The notes beneath the pieces were generated by a model. That model made no database searches. It had not been told where the DNA came from and worked only from the letters and a program-made list of their open reading frames with translations. Below are positions 18,427 through 27,929 of a stretch of DNA of 38,516 nt, one piece after another. Source of the stretch: Gemmatimonadales bacterium (GTDB lineage Bacteria > Gemmatimonadota > Gemmatimonadetes > Gemmatimonadales > GWC2-71-9). The stretch spans positions 1 through 38,516 of the forward strand of contig JBFGJG010000041.1 in the NCBI GenBank assembly GCA_041577295.1, written 5' to 3'. Within the stretch, counting starts at the first letter, position 1; each line of letters starts with the position of its first letter. A program made the translations under genes and the position numbers.

Positions 18427-21400
18427 TTACGCCCTCACACGCCGAGGGATCCCCCACCGGAGGAACAGCGCCGGGACCACGATCATGTTGAGCGCGGTGG
18501 AGGTGAGGAGACCACCCAAGACCACAACCGCCATCGGTGCCTGCAGCTCTTTGCCGGGCTCTCCCCCACCCAAGGCCAGCGGCAGCAGGGCGAGCGCCGC
18601 GGTGAGCGCCGTCATGAGAATGGGATTGAGACGTTCCATCGATCCCCGGAACACCGCGACATCCGGCGTAACGCCCGCGTCCAGCAACGTCTGGTAGTGA
18701 CTCACGAGCAAGATGCCGTTCCGAACCGCAATACCAAACAGCGTGATGAAACCAACGAGGGTGGCGACGTTGATCACACCCCCCGCCGCCACGATCGTTG
18801 CCGCGACCCCACCGATGAGTGCCAGGGGGAGATTGACCATGACTAACGCCGCGTGGCGCGCATTGCCAAACGCCTGAAACAAAAGCAAGCCAATTACGGC
18901 CACCGAGAAAAGCGACAGTATGAGAATCGCGCGGGCCGCCCGTTGACCGCTTTCGAACTGGCCACCGTACTCGATGTAGTAACCTTCCGGAACGGTCACG
19001 TCGGCGGCGACGCGCTCGCGGATGTCATCGACCACGCTACCGACATCCCTCCCCTGCACGTTGGACTGGACCACGAGTTTGCGCTGTACGTTCTCGCGGT
19101 TGATCACGTTGGGACCACGATCCTCGCGCACGGTCGCCACCAGCGACATCGGCACTTTAGCGCCACCAGCAGCGTCCACGGGAACACGCCGCACGGCCTC
19201 CGAACCGACTCGGCGCTCGTCAGGCAGACGGACGACCAGGTCAACCGGATGCTGGCCCTCGAGTACCTGCGACACCACTTGTCCGTTGAGCGCCACGTCG
19301 ACGGTCTCGAGCAAGTGGCCCGGCGTGATGCCGTACCGTGCCGTTGCCGTGCGGTTTGACTCGATGCGGAGCTGCGGCACGTCGGCCTGTTGCTCTACCG
19401 TAAGATCCACTACGCCGGGGACTGGTTCCACAACCGACCGCACGCTCTCCGCAAGTCGGCGCAGCTCATACAGATCGGGTCCAAAGATCTTGATCGCGAT
19501 CGCGGCGCGTGTTCCCGAGAGCATATGATCGATACGGTGACCAATGGGTTGGCCGATCGTGACATTGAGACCCGGTACCTGCGTCAGCGCCCTCCGCAAC
19601 TCGGCGATGACCATGTCGAGTTCGTGATCTGCCCCGTCGAGCCGCACGTCGATCTCCGCGGCGTTGGTTCCCTGCGCATGCTCGTCCAGCTCTGCCCGGC
19701 CGGTGCGTCTCGTCGTAGACATCACCGCGGGATGCGCGAGGAGAATCTGCTCGACGCGCTGACCCATGCGATCCGACTCGTCGAGGCCGGTCCCTGGCAG
19801 TGTCACCGCGGAAATTGTGAGGGTTCCCTCCTGGAACTCCGGTAAGAACCCGCGTCCCAGCGCGGGAACGACTGCAACGGTCGCCACGACAACCATGGCC
19901 GACACCCAGGCGACCGTGAGTGGATGCCGTAGAACTACCTGCAGCACCCGCTCGTACCGACGTTTGAGCCACTCGACCAGCCAGCTCTCCCGTTCCCGTG
20001 CTACAGCATGCGACCCCGGCAGCAGGTAATAGCACAGCACAGGGGTCACGGTCACCGCCACGGCAAGCGAGGCAAAGATGCTCACGACGTATGCAAAGCC
20101 GAGCGGTCGGAGCATCCGGCCCTCGACACCCGACAGAAAGAACAGGGGCACGAATACAACCGTGATTACCAGGGTCGCGTACAGGATCGGCGCGCGCACT
20201 TCGGATGCTGCGTCCCGTACAACCGTCAGCACCGGGCGACGTTCGTGCACCGGAAGACGATTCTCTTCGCGTAAACGGCGGAAGGTGTTCTCGACGTCGA
20301 TGATGGCATCATCGACGAGCGCACCAATCGCGATCGCCATGCCGCCGAGTGTCATGGTGTTGATCGTGATCCCGGCCACACGCATGGCCAGGACGGCTGC
20401 GCTCAGGGCGAGCGGGATCGCGAGCACCGAGATCGCGGTGGTGCGGACGTTCCAGAGGAAAAGGAACAAGATGACGATCACCAGAATGGCCCCATCGCGC
20501 AAAGCGGCGAGCACGTTGTGGACTGCGACATCGATGAAGTCCGCCTGACGAAAGACCGAGCGATGCATCACGATGTCGCCGCCGAAGGCTGCCTGCATTT
20601 GGTCGAGCTCCGCGTCGATGCGCTCGGTCAATTCCAGCGTATTGGCATCGGGTTGTTTCTGAATCGACAGGACCACCGCGGGTTCCGCGTTGACAGAGGC
20701 GGTTCCCAGACGCGGCTTGGGGCCGATGCGGATCTCTGCGACGTCTCGCAGGAGCACGGGTGTGCCGTTCCGCTCCGCCACGACTGTCTGACCGAGATGC
20801 TCGAGATCGCGCACCCTTCCCAACCCTCGAATCAAGACTTCGCGTCCTGCATCCTGGTACACACCACCTGAGGCGACCGCGTTCGATTCGCGAGCGGCCC
20901 GCACGACCGCCGCTAGGCTCACGCCATACACCGGAAGCCGATCGGGATCGACCAGGACCTGATACTGCTTGACCTCCCCGCCGATGGGCACCACTTGGGC
21001 GACTCCCGGTACCGCGAGCAGCCGCCGGCGCACCACCGCGTCCGCAGCGGTACGGACCTCCATGGCGGACACCGTTTCGCTCGTCATGCCGATCAACAGA
21101 ATCTCACCCATGATGGAGGTGATGGGTGCTAGCACCGGTGGCGGCATTTCGGGTGGCAACTGTGCATTCACGAGTGCGAGCTTCTCGCTCACGATCTGCC
21201 GGGCGCGGAAGATGTCTGTGCCCCAGGCGAACTCCACCCACACGATCGCGATGCCCTGCGCGGAGGAAGACCGAACGCGGCGTACGCCGGCAGCACCGTT
21301 GACCGCTGTTTCGATGGGGAAGGTGACGAGTGCCTCGACTTCCTCCGGTGCCATCCCATGCACTTCCGCCAGCACCGTGACCGTGGGTGCGGTGAGGTCG

Positions 21401-21519
21401 GGGAACACGTCGATTGGTGCGGTGAGTGCCGCGTACCCACCTCCGACAAGCAGGATTACCGCCGCGAACAGGGTCACCGCACGATTATTGAGCGACCACG
21501 CGATGATGCGGTTCAACAT
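18427..21519 (-). CDS. czcA: CusA/CzcA family heavy-metal efflux RND permease
   Basis: PIDVFPDLTAP, TM4 GALVDDAIIDVEN, GIAVRNGILL, ERLNPILMT; 1030 aa. Confidence 0.93.
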   Translation of the reverse strand: MLNRIIAWSLNNRAVTLFAAVILLVGGGYAALTAPIDVFPDLTAPTVTVLAEVHGMAPEEVEALVTFPIETAVNGAAGVRRVRSSSAQGIAIVWVEFAWGTDIFRARQIVSEKLALVNAQLPPEMPPPVLAPITSIMGEILLIGMTSETVSAMEVRTAADAVVRRRLLAVPGVAQVVPIGGEVKQYQVLVDPDRLPVYGVSLAAVVRAARESNAVASGGVYQDAGREVLIRGLGRVRDLEHLGQTVVAERNGTPVLLRDVAEIRIGPKPRLGTASVNAEPAVVLSIQKQPDANTLELTERIDAELDQMQAAFGGDIVMHRSVFRQADFIDVAVHNVLAALRDGAILVIVILFLFLWNVRTTAISVLAIPLALSAAVLAMRVAGITINTMTLGGMAIAIGALVDDAIIDVENTFRRLREENRLPVHERRPVLTVVRDAASEVRAPILYATLVITVVFVPLFFLSGVEGRMLRPLGFAYVVSIFASLAVAVTVTPVLCYYLLPGSHAVARERESWLVEWLKRRYERVLQVVLRHPLTVAWVSAMVVVATVAVVPALGRGFLPEFQEGTLTISAVTLPGTGLDESDRMGQRVEQILLAHPAVMSTTRRTGRAELDEHAQGTNAAEIDVRLDGADHELDMVIAELRRALTQVPGLNVTIGQPIGHRIDHMLSGTRAAIAIKIFGPDLYELRRLAESVRSVVEPVPGVVDLTVEQQADVPQLRIESNRTATARYGITPGHLLETVDVALNGQVVSQVLEGQHPVDLVVRLPDERRVGSEAVRRVPVDAAGGAKVPMSLVATVREDRGPNVINRENVQRKLVVQSNVQGRDVGSVVDDIRERVAADVTVPEGYYIEYGGQFESGQRAARAILILSLFSVAVIGLLLFQAFGNARHAALVMVNLPLALIGGVAATIVAAGGVINVATLVGFITLFGIAVRNGILLVSHYQTLLDAGVTPDVAVFRGSMERLNPILMTALTAALALLPLALGGGEPGKELQAPMAVVVLGGLLTSTALNMIVVPALFLRWGIPRRVRA

Positions 21520-21528
21520 GATCGTGGC

Positions 21529-22998
21529 CTAATGAGGATGGCCGTGATCGCTCACGGCATCCGGGTTGAGGGCCGCGAGACGTACCTGGTACGCTCCCAT
21601 AGTGACCACGCGTTCACCCTGCGACACCCCGCCCCACACGATCGTCCACCGCCCATCCGTTGGCCCCAACGTCAGCACGCGACGCTCGAACAGCTCGCCG
21701 CCAGTCTGCACGTAGACCACCGGCACGCCGTCTTCCTCGCGTACCGCTTGCGTCGGGACGGCGAGTCCTTGTTCTGGATCGCCGACGGCGATCCAGCCCG
21801 ACGCAAGCGCGCCAATCTTGAGTGCACGATCGGGGTTGGAGACGGCAAACGTGACTGGCACCGTGCGGCGGGCGGGATCGATCACGTCGCCTATCGCAAC
21901 GAGACGCTCAGCGCGGAACACTCGTTCGCTGCCCTCAACAGTAAATGACGCGCCAACGACACTCACGAGCTGCGTCGCATCGACCGCGCTCACGTGGAGA
22001 CGCAGCCACACGGTGGATGGGTCCACGATGGTGAACAACCGATCGCCCGCTGCCACGCGGGCGCCCGCCACGAGGGATCGCTCCGTCACAACACCGTCGA
22101 GCGGTGCGCGCAAAACCAACTCGTACCCCTCATCCGTGCTTCCCCCGAATGCTTCCAGCGCCGCACGTGCAACCGCGAGATCGTGCCGTGTCTCCTCGAG
22201 CCGTTTTTGGGGAATGGCTTCGGCGTTGTACAGTCGCTCGGCGCGCGCCACTTCACGCTCCAACCGTTCCACCCGCGCCACCAAGGTGGCGTACGACCCC
22301 TCGTCATCGCTTGGCGCGATGACGCCGAGGGGAGTACCGCGCCTAACCCGGTCGCCCACCACCGGTGCGCGTTGGTTGCGCGCAGCAATGAGCAATCCGG
22401 CGACCGGTGCAGGGACCTGTGCCAAAGCACGGGCCGCGGGAATGATTTCTCCAGGAGCACTGACTGAGCGGTGCATACTCTGGACCTGCGCCGCCACGGT
22501 CGCAAACGGGATCGTCCACTGCTGTTCCTTTAATAGAGGGATGCCGCTGGGATCCTCAGGTACAGTGGTCGGCAGACCCTCGACGGACGAATACACCTGT
22601 ATTGGACCAACGAAGATCTCGTCGGTGAGCGGGCCCTGGACGGCGACGATCAATTCATAGGTGCCGGAAGCGGGCAGGTTGACCACTGGTCCGTAGACTC
22701 CGGGTCGTGAGGGCTCGGCCATTCGCACCCGGTGGGTCTCCCCGTTTGTGGCGGTCATGCGCAGTTCGAGGCTTCCCTCAGTAACCGCCCTGAAGTCGCG
22801 CAGGTCGGTGACGTGCACGGCCCACGGTTCGCTTTCGACGCCAGCGATGAGCGGCGGATACTCGAAGAACAACTCAGTCAGATCCGTCCACACCGTGACC
22901 GCACCACCACCGAGGAGTTCTTCGGATTCGGTTGTCGTCTGGTCAGCGCCGCATGCGAGCACGAACGCCGTGGTGTACACCATGAGGTATCGCATCAC
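21529..22998 (-). CDS. czcB: RND periplasmic adaptor (CzcB-like) lipoprotein with an extra N-terminal domain and His tail
   Basis: Lipobox VLAC; LRAPLDGVV; DPARRT; FERR..LG; C-terminal DHGHPH. Confidence 0.88.
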   Translation of the reverse strand: MMRYLMVYTTAFVLACGADQTTTESEELLGGGAVTVWTDLTELFFEYPPLIAGVESEPWAVHVTDLRDFRAVTEGSLELRMTATNGETHRVRMAEPSRPGVYGPVVNLPASGTYELIVAVQGPLTDEIFVGPIQVYSSVEGLPTTVPEDPSGIPLLKEQQWTIPFATVAAQVQSMHRSVSAPGEIIPAARALAQVPAPVAGLLIAARNQRAPVVGDRVRRGTPLGVIAPSDDEGSYATLVARVERLEREVARAERLYNAEAIPQKRLEETRHDLAVARAALEAFGGSTDEGYELVLRAPLDGVVTERSLVAGARVAAGDRLFTIVDPSTVWLRLHVSAVDATQLVSVVGASFTVEGSERVFRAERLVAIGDVIDPARRTVPVTFAVSNPDRALKIGALASGWIAVGDPEQGLAVPTQAVREEDGVPVVYVQTGGELFERRVLTLGPTDGRWTIVWGGVSQGERVVTMGAYQVRLAALNPDAVSDHGHPH

Positions 22999-24260
22999 CC
23001 ATTCTCCACGTCGTTCGTACGGTTCCGCAGCCGCGTCCCGGCTGCGCGCTCCAGGTCGAACAGGGCGAGCCAGTATTCGGCGAGCGCCTGATCTGCTCCG
23101 CCGCCGAGCTCGTGAAAGGCTCGCCCGGCGTCGAGTAGGCCTAGCAAGTCGAGCTCGCCCTCGGCGTAGCTCACGCGGGCGATCTCGAGCAGCTCGTCGA
23201 GCCGTGCGGATTCTGCAGCTCGTACCCGCTCGAGCTGTCTCTCGGCAAGACGAAACCGCTCGGCGGCCAGCTGCACGTCTCGCTCCACAGATCGCCGGGC
23301 AAGTTGCCGGCGTGTTGTGGCTTCGGCGGCGGCGGCTTGCGCAACGCGCACGGCACTTCCGTACTGATTGAGAATCGGCAAAGCCAGCGCCGCACCGAGA
23401 AAGGCCCCACTGAGACCATCGCGTTGGGTCTTATACCCCCCAGTGAAGGTCGGCGCGGGGATACGCGCGCCTCTGGCGCCGCTAGCCCAGCCTCGAGCCT
23501 CCATTTCGGAAGCCTGGGCCGCGCGTATCAGGGGATGCTCGTCGGCCCAAGTGCCCTGAAGACGAACGTCCAGGCCGCTTGGCACAGGCGGGAGCTCCGC
23601 CGGGGCAACCGCACCCGTGTCCAGGTCACCGACCACTAGCGTCGTGAGCCGGCGGCGGGCTGCGTGGACGCGGATGCGGGAGTCTTCGAGGATTCGTTCG
23701 TATCGGAGGTGTTCGAGCCGAATCCGACGAAACTCGTAGCCCGAAACGTCGCCTGCGGCGAAACGAGCGGCAGCGGCTGAATCCGCATAACCCACGGTGG
23801 CCGCGACGCGCTCGGTCACGGACAACCGGCGCTCGAGCAGCCACGCGTCGACGTATGCGCGCTGCAGATCGAACACAATTCTGAGGCTGTCGGCCTCGAG
23901 CCGCGCAATCGCGCTGGACTCGGCAAGGCGGCCTGCGCGGTGCCGTGCACCGATCACCCAGGGCCAGACGACCTCCTGACTGAGCGTCAAGTAGGTCTCT
24001 CCAGCGTCACGCGTCGCATCAGACAGCGATTCATACGTGAGGGTGGCGACGGGATTGGGTAACGCGCCGGCCAGGCGAGCTTCACCCTCGCGGGTGACAG
24101 CGGCGACACGTGCGAGCCGGAGCTCGAGGTTGTTCTCGGCGTGCAGCTGCAGCGCCTCCTCGAGCGACAGACGCTGCGGTTGCTGGGCCGTGGCGAGGCC
24201 GCTGGTCCCGCATAGCAGGGCGAACATGAGCAGAGTGCGCCGAATCAAGAGCGCCTCCAT
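22995..24260 (-). CDS. czcC: TolC family outer membrane efflux protein (CzcC-like)
   Basis: Signal peptide; LSLEEAL..A..NN; LPNP; SYAEGELDLLGLLDA; overlaps the adaptor start (ATGA). Confidence 0.88.
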   Translation of the reverse strand: MEALLIRRTLLMFALLCGTSGLATAQQPQRLSLEEALQLHAENNLELRLARVAAVTREGEARLAGALPNPVATLTYESLSDATRDAGETYLTLSQEVVWPWVIGARHRAGRLAESSAIARLEADSLRIVFDLQRAYVDAWLLERRLSVTERVAATVGYADSAAAARFAAGDVSGYEFRRIRLEHLRYERILEDSRIRVHAARRRLTTLVVGDLDTGAVAPAELPPVPSGLDVRLQGTWADEHPLIRAAQASEMEARGWASGARGARIPAPTFTGGYKTQRDGLSGAFLGAALALPILNQYGSAVRVAQAAAAEATTRRQLARRSVERDVQLAAERFRLAERQLERVRAAESARLDELLEIARVSYAEGELDLLGLLDAGRAFHELGGGADQALAEYWLALFDLERAAGTRLRNRTNDVENG

Positions 24261-24303
24261 GGTTCTACGTTGTCGTTGAGAACAGGACGGACGTACGTCT
24301 ACA

Positions 24304-24323
24304 CGCCACCCTCGCGGGCGGCG
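24304..24323 (-). promoter_or_regulatory. GNRA-capped hairpin between the leader ORF and czcC
   Basis: mRNA CGCCGCCC-GCGA-GGGUGGCG (8-bp stem, one G-U pair), 5 nt after the uORF stop; no U-tract. Confidence 0.55.
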
Positions 24324-24328
24324 GGCCG

Positions 24329-24676
24329 TTAGGTGAGATGGGTGGGAGGAGCTCTCGGCCCGAGGGGGTGAACGGGTGGGTCGCGACCGTGAGGTTCCAG
24401 ATCGAGGGACGCGACGTGGGAGACCACCGGTGCGATGCTCAGACGGTCTATTGACACCGTAACAACGATCGCTGCGGCAGGTGGCGAAACGCGATCCGGT
24501 CTGAGTTGCGGCTCGTCATCGAGCAGCACATGCGAGTGACCCCCATGCGCGCGCTCGACATGAGCCTCTCCACCGTCGTGATCCGCCGAACGCTCATGTG
24601 CAAACCCCGTGGTGAGTACCACGAACACCAGAGTGAGGCTCAGGGAGACGGTGGACCGACCGGGGAAGCGGTGCAT
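24329..24676 (-). CDS. His-rich secreted leader protein ending in RAPP (putative ribosome-arrest, metal-sensing uORF)
   Basis: 115 aa: hydrophobic N-terminus (..TTGFA/HE), His cluster HERSADHDGGEAHVERAHGGHSH, C-terminus PPVHPLGPRAPPTHLT*. Confidence 0.7.
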   Translation of the reverse strand: MHRFPGRSTVSLSLTLVFVVLTTGFAHERSADHDGGEAHVERAHGGHSHVLLDDEPQLRPDRVSPPAAAIVVTVSIDRLSIAPVVSHVASLDLEPHGRDPPVHPLGPRAPPTHLT

Positions 24677-24683
24677 GGTCACG

Positions 24684-24712
24684 ATTCTGGGGATCGCGCG
24701 GTGGGATGTCAA
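24684..24712 (-). promoter_or_regulatory. Sigma70-type promoter giving a probably leaderless uORF transcript
   Basis: TTGACA (24712-24707), 17-nt spacer, CAGAAT (24689-24684), 7 nt, ATG 24676. Confidence 0.65.
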
Positions 24713-24828
24713 ATGATCAGGGGGTCAGAACTCGCGAATTCGATCCGCTTCCTCCGGACGATTCGACGCCTCGTACAACGCCACGATCCGCCTTTCACGA
24801 GAGTCTGGTCCCCGCGCGTCGCCCGAGT

Positions 24829-25380
24829 TCAACGCGACCCGCGTCGCTCGAACGGCCCACCCATCCGTCTCACCCACTCACCTTCGAATTGCTGCTCGAG
24901 GAGCGTCCACTCGTAGTGATCCGCATCGCTGAACGTCCAAAGCTCCCGTACGACACTCCGTTCTCCAGCAGCTGTATATGTGACTAAGACGTGTTGAAGC
25001 TCGCTACCGACGAGTGCGGTTTCGTACTCCCACAGCACCATCGGCATGTCGATCGCTACACCATACGCACGCACGACACGGTCGGCTGGGTGCCAGTACC
25101 AGATCCCCTCCGACACGAGCTTGGGTTCTCCGTTGACGACGAAGTAGCCCTTGGCGCGTATTGCCTGCCTACCCGCACCCCATTCGAACGTTTGGAAGAA
25201 GTCGTCCCCTTGATGCCAGGCTCCCCCCACCATCCGACCGAGGAATTCCATCGCGTCACGCCCCGAGGCGGCCTGGATCGCCGCAACGTCGGCCGTCGTC
25301 GACGCAGGAGCTCCGGTAAAGGAGAATGGCGTGATGCTGAGGAGTACAGCAAGGAAACCTGCAGCTTGGGTCCCTAACAT
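24829..25380 (-). CDS. Secreted hypothetical protein (beta-rich)
   Basis: 183-aa ORF with signal peptide; GAWHQG..FEWG..EGIWYWHP..WTF.DADHYEWTL pattern. Confidence 0.7.
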   Translation of the reverse strand: MLGTQAAGFLAVLLSITPFSFTGAPASTTADVAAIQAASGRDAMEFLGRMVGGAWHQGDDFFQTFEWGAGRQAIRAKGYFVVNGEPKLVSEGIWYWHPADRVVRAYGVAIDMPMVLWEYETALVGSELQHVLVTYTAAGERSVVRELWTFSDADHYEWTLLEQQFEGEWVRRMGGPFERRGSR

Positions 25381-25427
25381 GATCTCAGTTTCCGAAGTGG
25401 CTGAGTGGCGTCGGTCGCGTTTGGTCC

Positions 25428-26552
25428 TTAGCGACCGGTTCGTTCGGCGAGCCAGCTGGTCATCACGTCAAAATACCCATCCACGAAGGTGTCCAGCCTC
25501 GGGTATTCATCCCGCGTGCCCGTCGTGGCGCGTAGAAACAGATGGTTCGCCTCCGGCAGGACAATGAGCGTGACGTCGCTTCCGGCGCGAGCTCCCAGGG
25601 CGGCTTCAAGCGCCCGCCGGTTCGGCTCAGGTGGCACGTTGTGGTCGAGCTCACCAAGAAAGATCAGAACCGGGCAATCGACCAGCGCCCAGTATCCTGC
25701 CGGATCGAAGTCCATGATGCGACGATAAAAGGCACGGAACCAATGATCTGGCGGCTGCGGCTCTTCGATCAACCACTCGACGTCTCGCGCACTCGCTTCC
25801 GCGTAGAGCGCTTGGAGCTCTTCCCAGTGCCCGGCGTCACGTGTGACGTCGTCATTGAGCCGGTAGTAGGCCGTGGCGCGTTCGATTTCGTCCTGTGGAA
25901 ACCCGTAACCCCGAAGCTCCGCCTCGATGAACAGAAGGTTGTTCTCCGCTACTGGTAAACCTGACCCCGCGTGGAGGATGATGAACGCAACGGTTCGATC
26001 GCGTGACGCGACCAGTGGAGCAATCCAGCCGCCTTGACTAAGAGCGAAAAGGCCGACGCGAGTCGGATCGACGTTCTCATCGCGTTTCAGGTAAGCGAAG
26101 CCAGCCAGGGCGTCGCCCGCAAGATCGTGAAAATCCGCACGTCTCCAATCGCCCGTGGATTCTCGTACCCCGCGTTTGTCGTAGGACAAGACGGCGAGCC
26201 CCCGACTCACGAAGAAGCCCACCCACGGATCGAGGTCGTCCCGATCCAGTTCATTCGACCCGTGAATCAAGACGACGCCCGGATGTGGACCGGGACTCGC
26301 AGGCGATGTAAGCTTCCCAACGAGCACCACGTCTCCGTTGCGAAACGTGACCGTTTCGCTGCGCGTTGGTATCTCACTCGACGCGCGAAGCGACGCGATC
26401 TCTTCGCTGGTCGCTGGGGCAAAGCGGCGCGTCGTGAAATCCAGCAGATAGAGGTCTGTTCCCAGTTCGGGGAACCGACCGAGCCACACGGTCCGATCGG
26501 GCGCGACCTGATACAACTGCGCTGTGAGCAACAATGCGGTGACCACACTCAT
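25428..26552 (-). CDS. Alpha/beta hydrolase (S9/S33-like serine peptidase or esterase)
   Basis: LIHGS, YDKRGV..STG, ALSQGG elbow, GELDHNV, ANHLF. Confidence 0.88.
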   Translation of the reverse strand: MSVVTALLLTAQLYQVAPDRTVWLGRFPELGTDLYLLDFTTRRFAPATSEEIASLRASSEIPTRSETVTFRNGDVVLVGKLTSPASPGPHPGVVLIHGSNELDRDDLDPWVGFFVSRGLAVLSYDKRGVRESTGDWRRADFHDLAGDALAGFAYLKRDENVDPTRVGLFALSQGGWIAPLVASRDRTVAFIILHAGSGLPVAENNLLFIEAELRGYGFPQDEIERATAYYRLNDDVTRDAGHWEELQALYAEASARDVEWLIEEPQPPDHWFRAFYRRIMDFDPAGYWALVDCPVLIFLGELDHNVPPEPNRRALEAALGARAGSDVTLIVLPEANHLFLRATTGTRDEYPRLDTFVDGYFDVMTSWLAERTGR

Positions 26553-26648
26553 CTAGGTGCCCCCGAGATCTAGACTGATTGGGGTCAAGTCTACATCCAG
26601 CCAGGGCTCGCCGGGATACCCCGGTGGACCATCGCCGATTGAGGGGTG

Positions 26649-27455
26649 TCAGTTTCGTTCGAGTAGGGCGATGTCCCCGTTCACCGTCGTCAGAAGCAGG
26701 TTCCACGTACCAGCTCCCAGCGAACCCCGTATCCGCTCCACCACACCATCACGCGTGATCGTGAGGGGGAAGTCGGTGCTGATGCGCCCGTTCAGCGTGC
26801 TTCCCTCGACACGCACATCGCAACCGTCCGGGATCGCAACGCGAATCGATCCGTTCACGGTCGTGAAGCTGAGTCCTCGACCCCAGTTTGTCCCGCCGAG
26901 AGACACCGCGATCGAGCCGTTCACCGTGGCCGCCTCCGCGATTCCCTCCGTGACCAGGTTGACGTTGCCGTTGACAGTCGAAGCAACGATGTCGCCCTGG
27001 AGATCCGCAGTGACCTCACCATTCACCGTACTCGGGAGGAACGTCACCCCATCCGGTACGTCGATCGTGAATTCCACCCGCACATTTCGCGCTTCGACGT
27101 CGTTCCGGCTGTCCCGATCGGGGAGGCACGCGATGAGGCGCCCACTGCGATCGGGATACCGGGCGCACACGGTGACGCCGTCCTCGTGCTCGACGACCTG
27201 GACTTCGACTTGTGACGCCAGGACGGCGCTTACATGAATCGTCGCGTGGACGATCAGGGTCCGTCCGGGCGCTGACTGCGCACGAATACTCCCGTTCACG
27301 CCCCGGACCTCGACCGTGCTCCCAAGTTCGACGGTCCCCTCCCAATGAAAGCTCCGACGCAGCTCGCCATCGGGTCCGTTGATGCTCACCGAGGTATCGC
27401 AGGCGGTAAGGGCCGCTGCGATGCTGAGAGCCGCTAATGCTCGAATCGTTGTCAT
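26649..27455 (-). CDS. DUF4097 (putative adhesin) beta-strand repeat lipoprotein
   Basis: Repeated TVNGxI motifs; lipobox LTAC; ATG 27455 after GGAGGAGG. Confidence 0.85.
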   Translation of the reverse strand: MTTIRALAALSIAAALTACDTSVSINGPDGELRRSFHWEGTVELGSTVEVRGVNGSIRAQSAPGRTLIVHATIHVSAVLASQVEVQVVEHEDGVTVCARYPDRSGRLIACLPDRDSRNDVEARNVRVEFTIDVPDGVTFLPSTVNGEVTADLQGDIVASTVNGNVNLVTEGIAEAATVNGSIAVSLGGTNWGRGLSFTTVNGSIRVAIPDGCDVRVEGSTLNGRISTDFPLTITRDGVVERIRGSLGAGTWNLLLTTVNGDIALLERN

Positions 27456-27483
27456 GTCCTCCTCCATCTCTTTCAACTGCTAC

Positions 27484-27723
27484 TCAACGCCGTTGCAGGT
27501 AGAGCGTGGGGCCATGCGCCGCCAAGACCACACGGTGGCGCGGCGCGACGATCGTCCCGAGCTCGACTCCACGCTCATCCGTGAGCCGTACGTCGCTCGC
27601 GCGAACGAGAGTGGGGCGACCCGGCGCGCCGGTGATCGTTGGGGCCGTGCTGCTCCCCCGTCGGCAACGCTGGTTGGGCTGGCCGCTGTACCACCAATCG
27701 GCTGTATAAGGAATCGAAGTCAT
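27484..27723 (-). pseudogene. Short ORF or gene remnant downstream of the putative ECF promoter
   Basis: ATG after GGAGA. Only the C-terminus (DERGVELGTIVAPRHRVVLAAHGPTLYLQRR) looks protein-like. Confidence 0.3.
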
Positions 27724-27781
27724 CGTGTTCTCCGTTTCGCATCCTCTGCGATTTCGTGCTGATGTCCGATCTCTACCGTCT

Positions 27782-27820
27782 TCACCCAATACACGAGCCT
27801 GGTGGCAGACTTCTACCAAT
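27782..27820 (-). promoter_or_regulatory. Putative ECF-sigma promoter, copy 1 (inverted repeat of 28668-28706)
   Basis: Minus strand ATTGGTAGAAGTCTGCCACCAGGCTCGTGTATTGGGTGA; 31/39 identical to copy 2. Confidence 0.65.
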
Positions 27821-27929
27821 CGGAGGGGGAACGACCGATGTCGAAGAGTTCAGGTAGGTCGTGGAGCGAGCGTTTCTTCACACAGTGATCGCACCGCGGC
27901 GCGGCGCAACATGCGGGTGAGAATGTTGT

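Noticed and set aside
26601..26630. GC hairpin between the DUF4097 and hydrolase genes as a terminator
   Set aside because: No U-tract on either strand.
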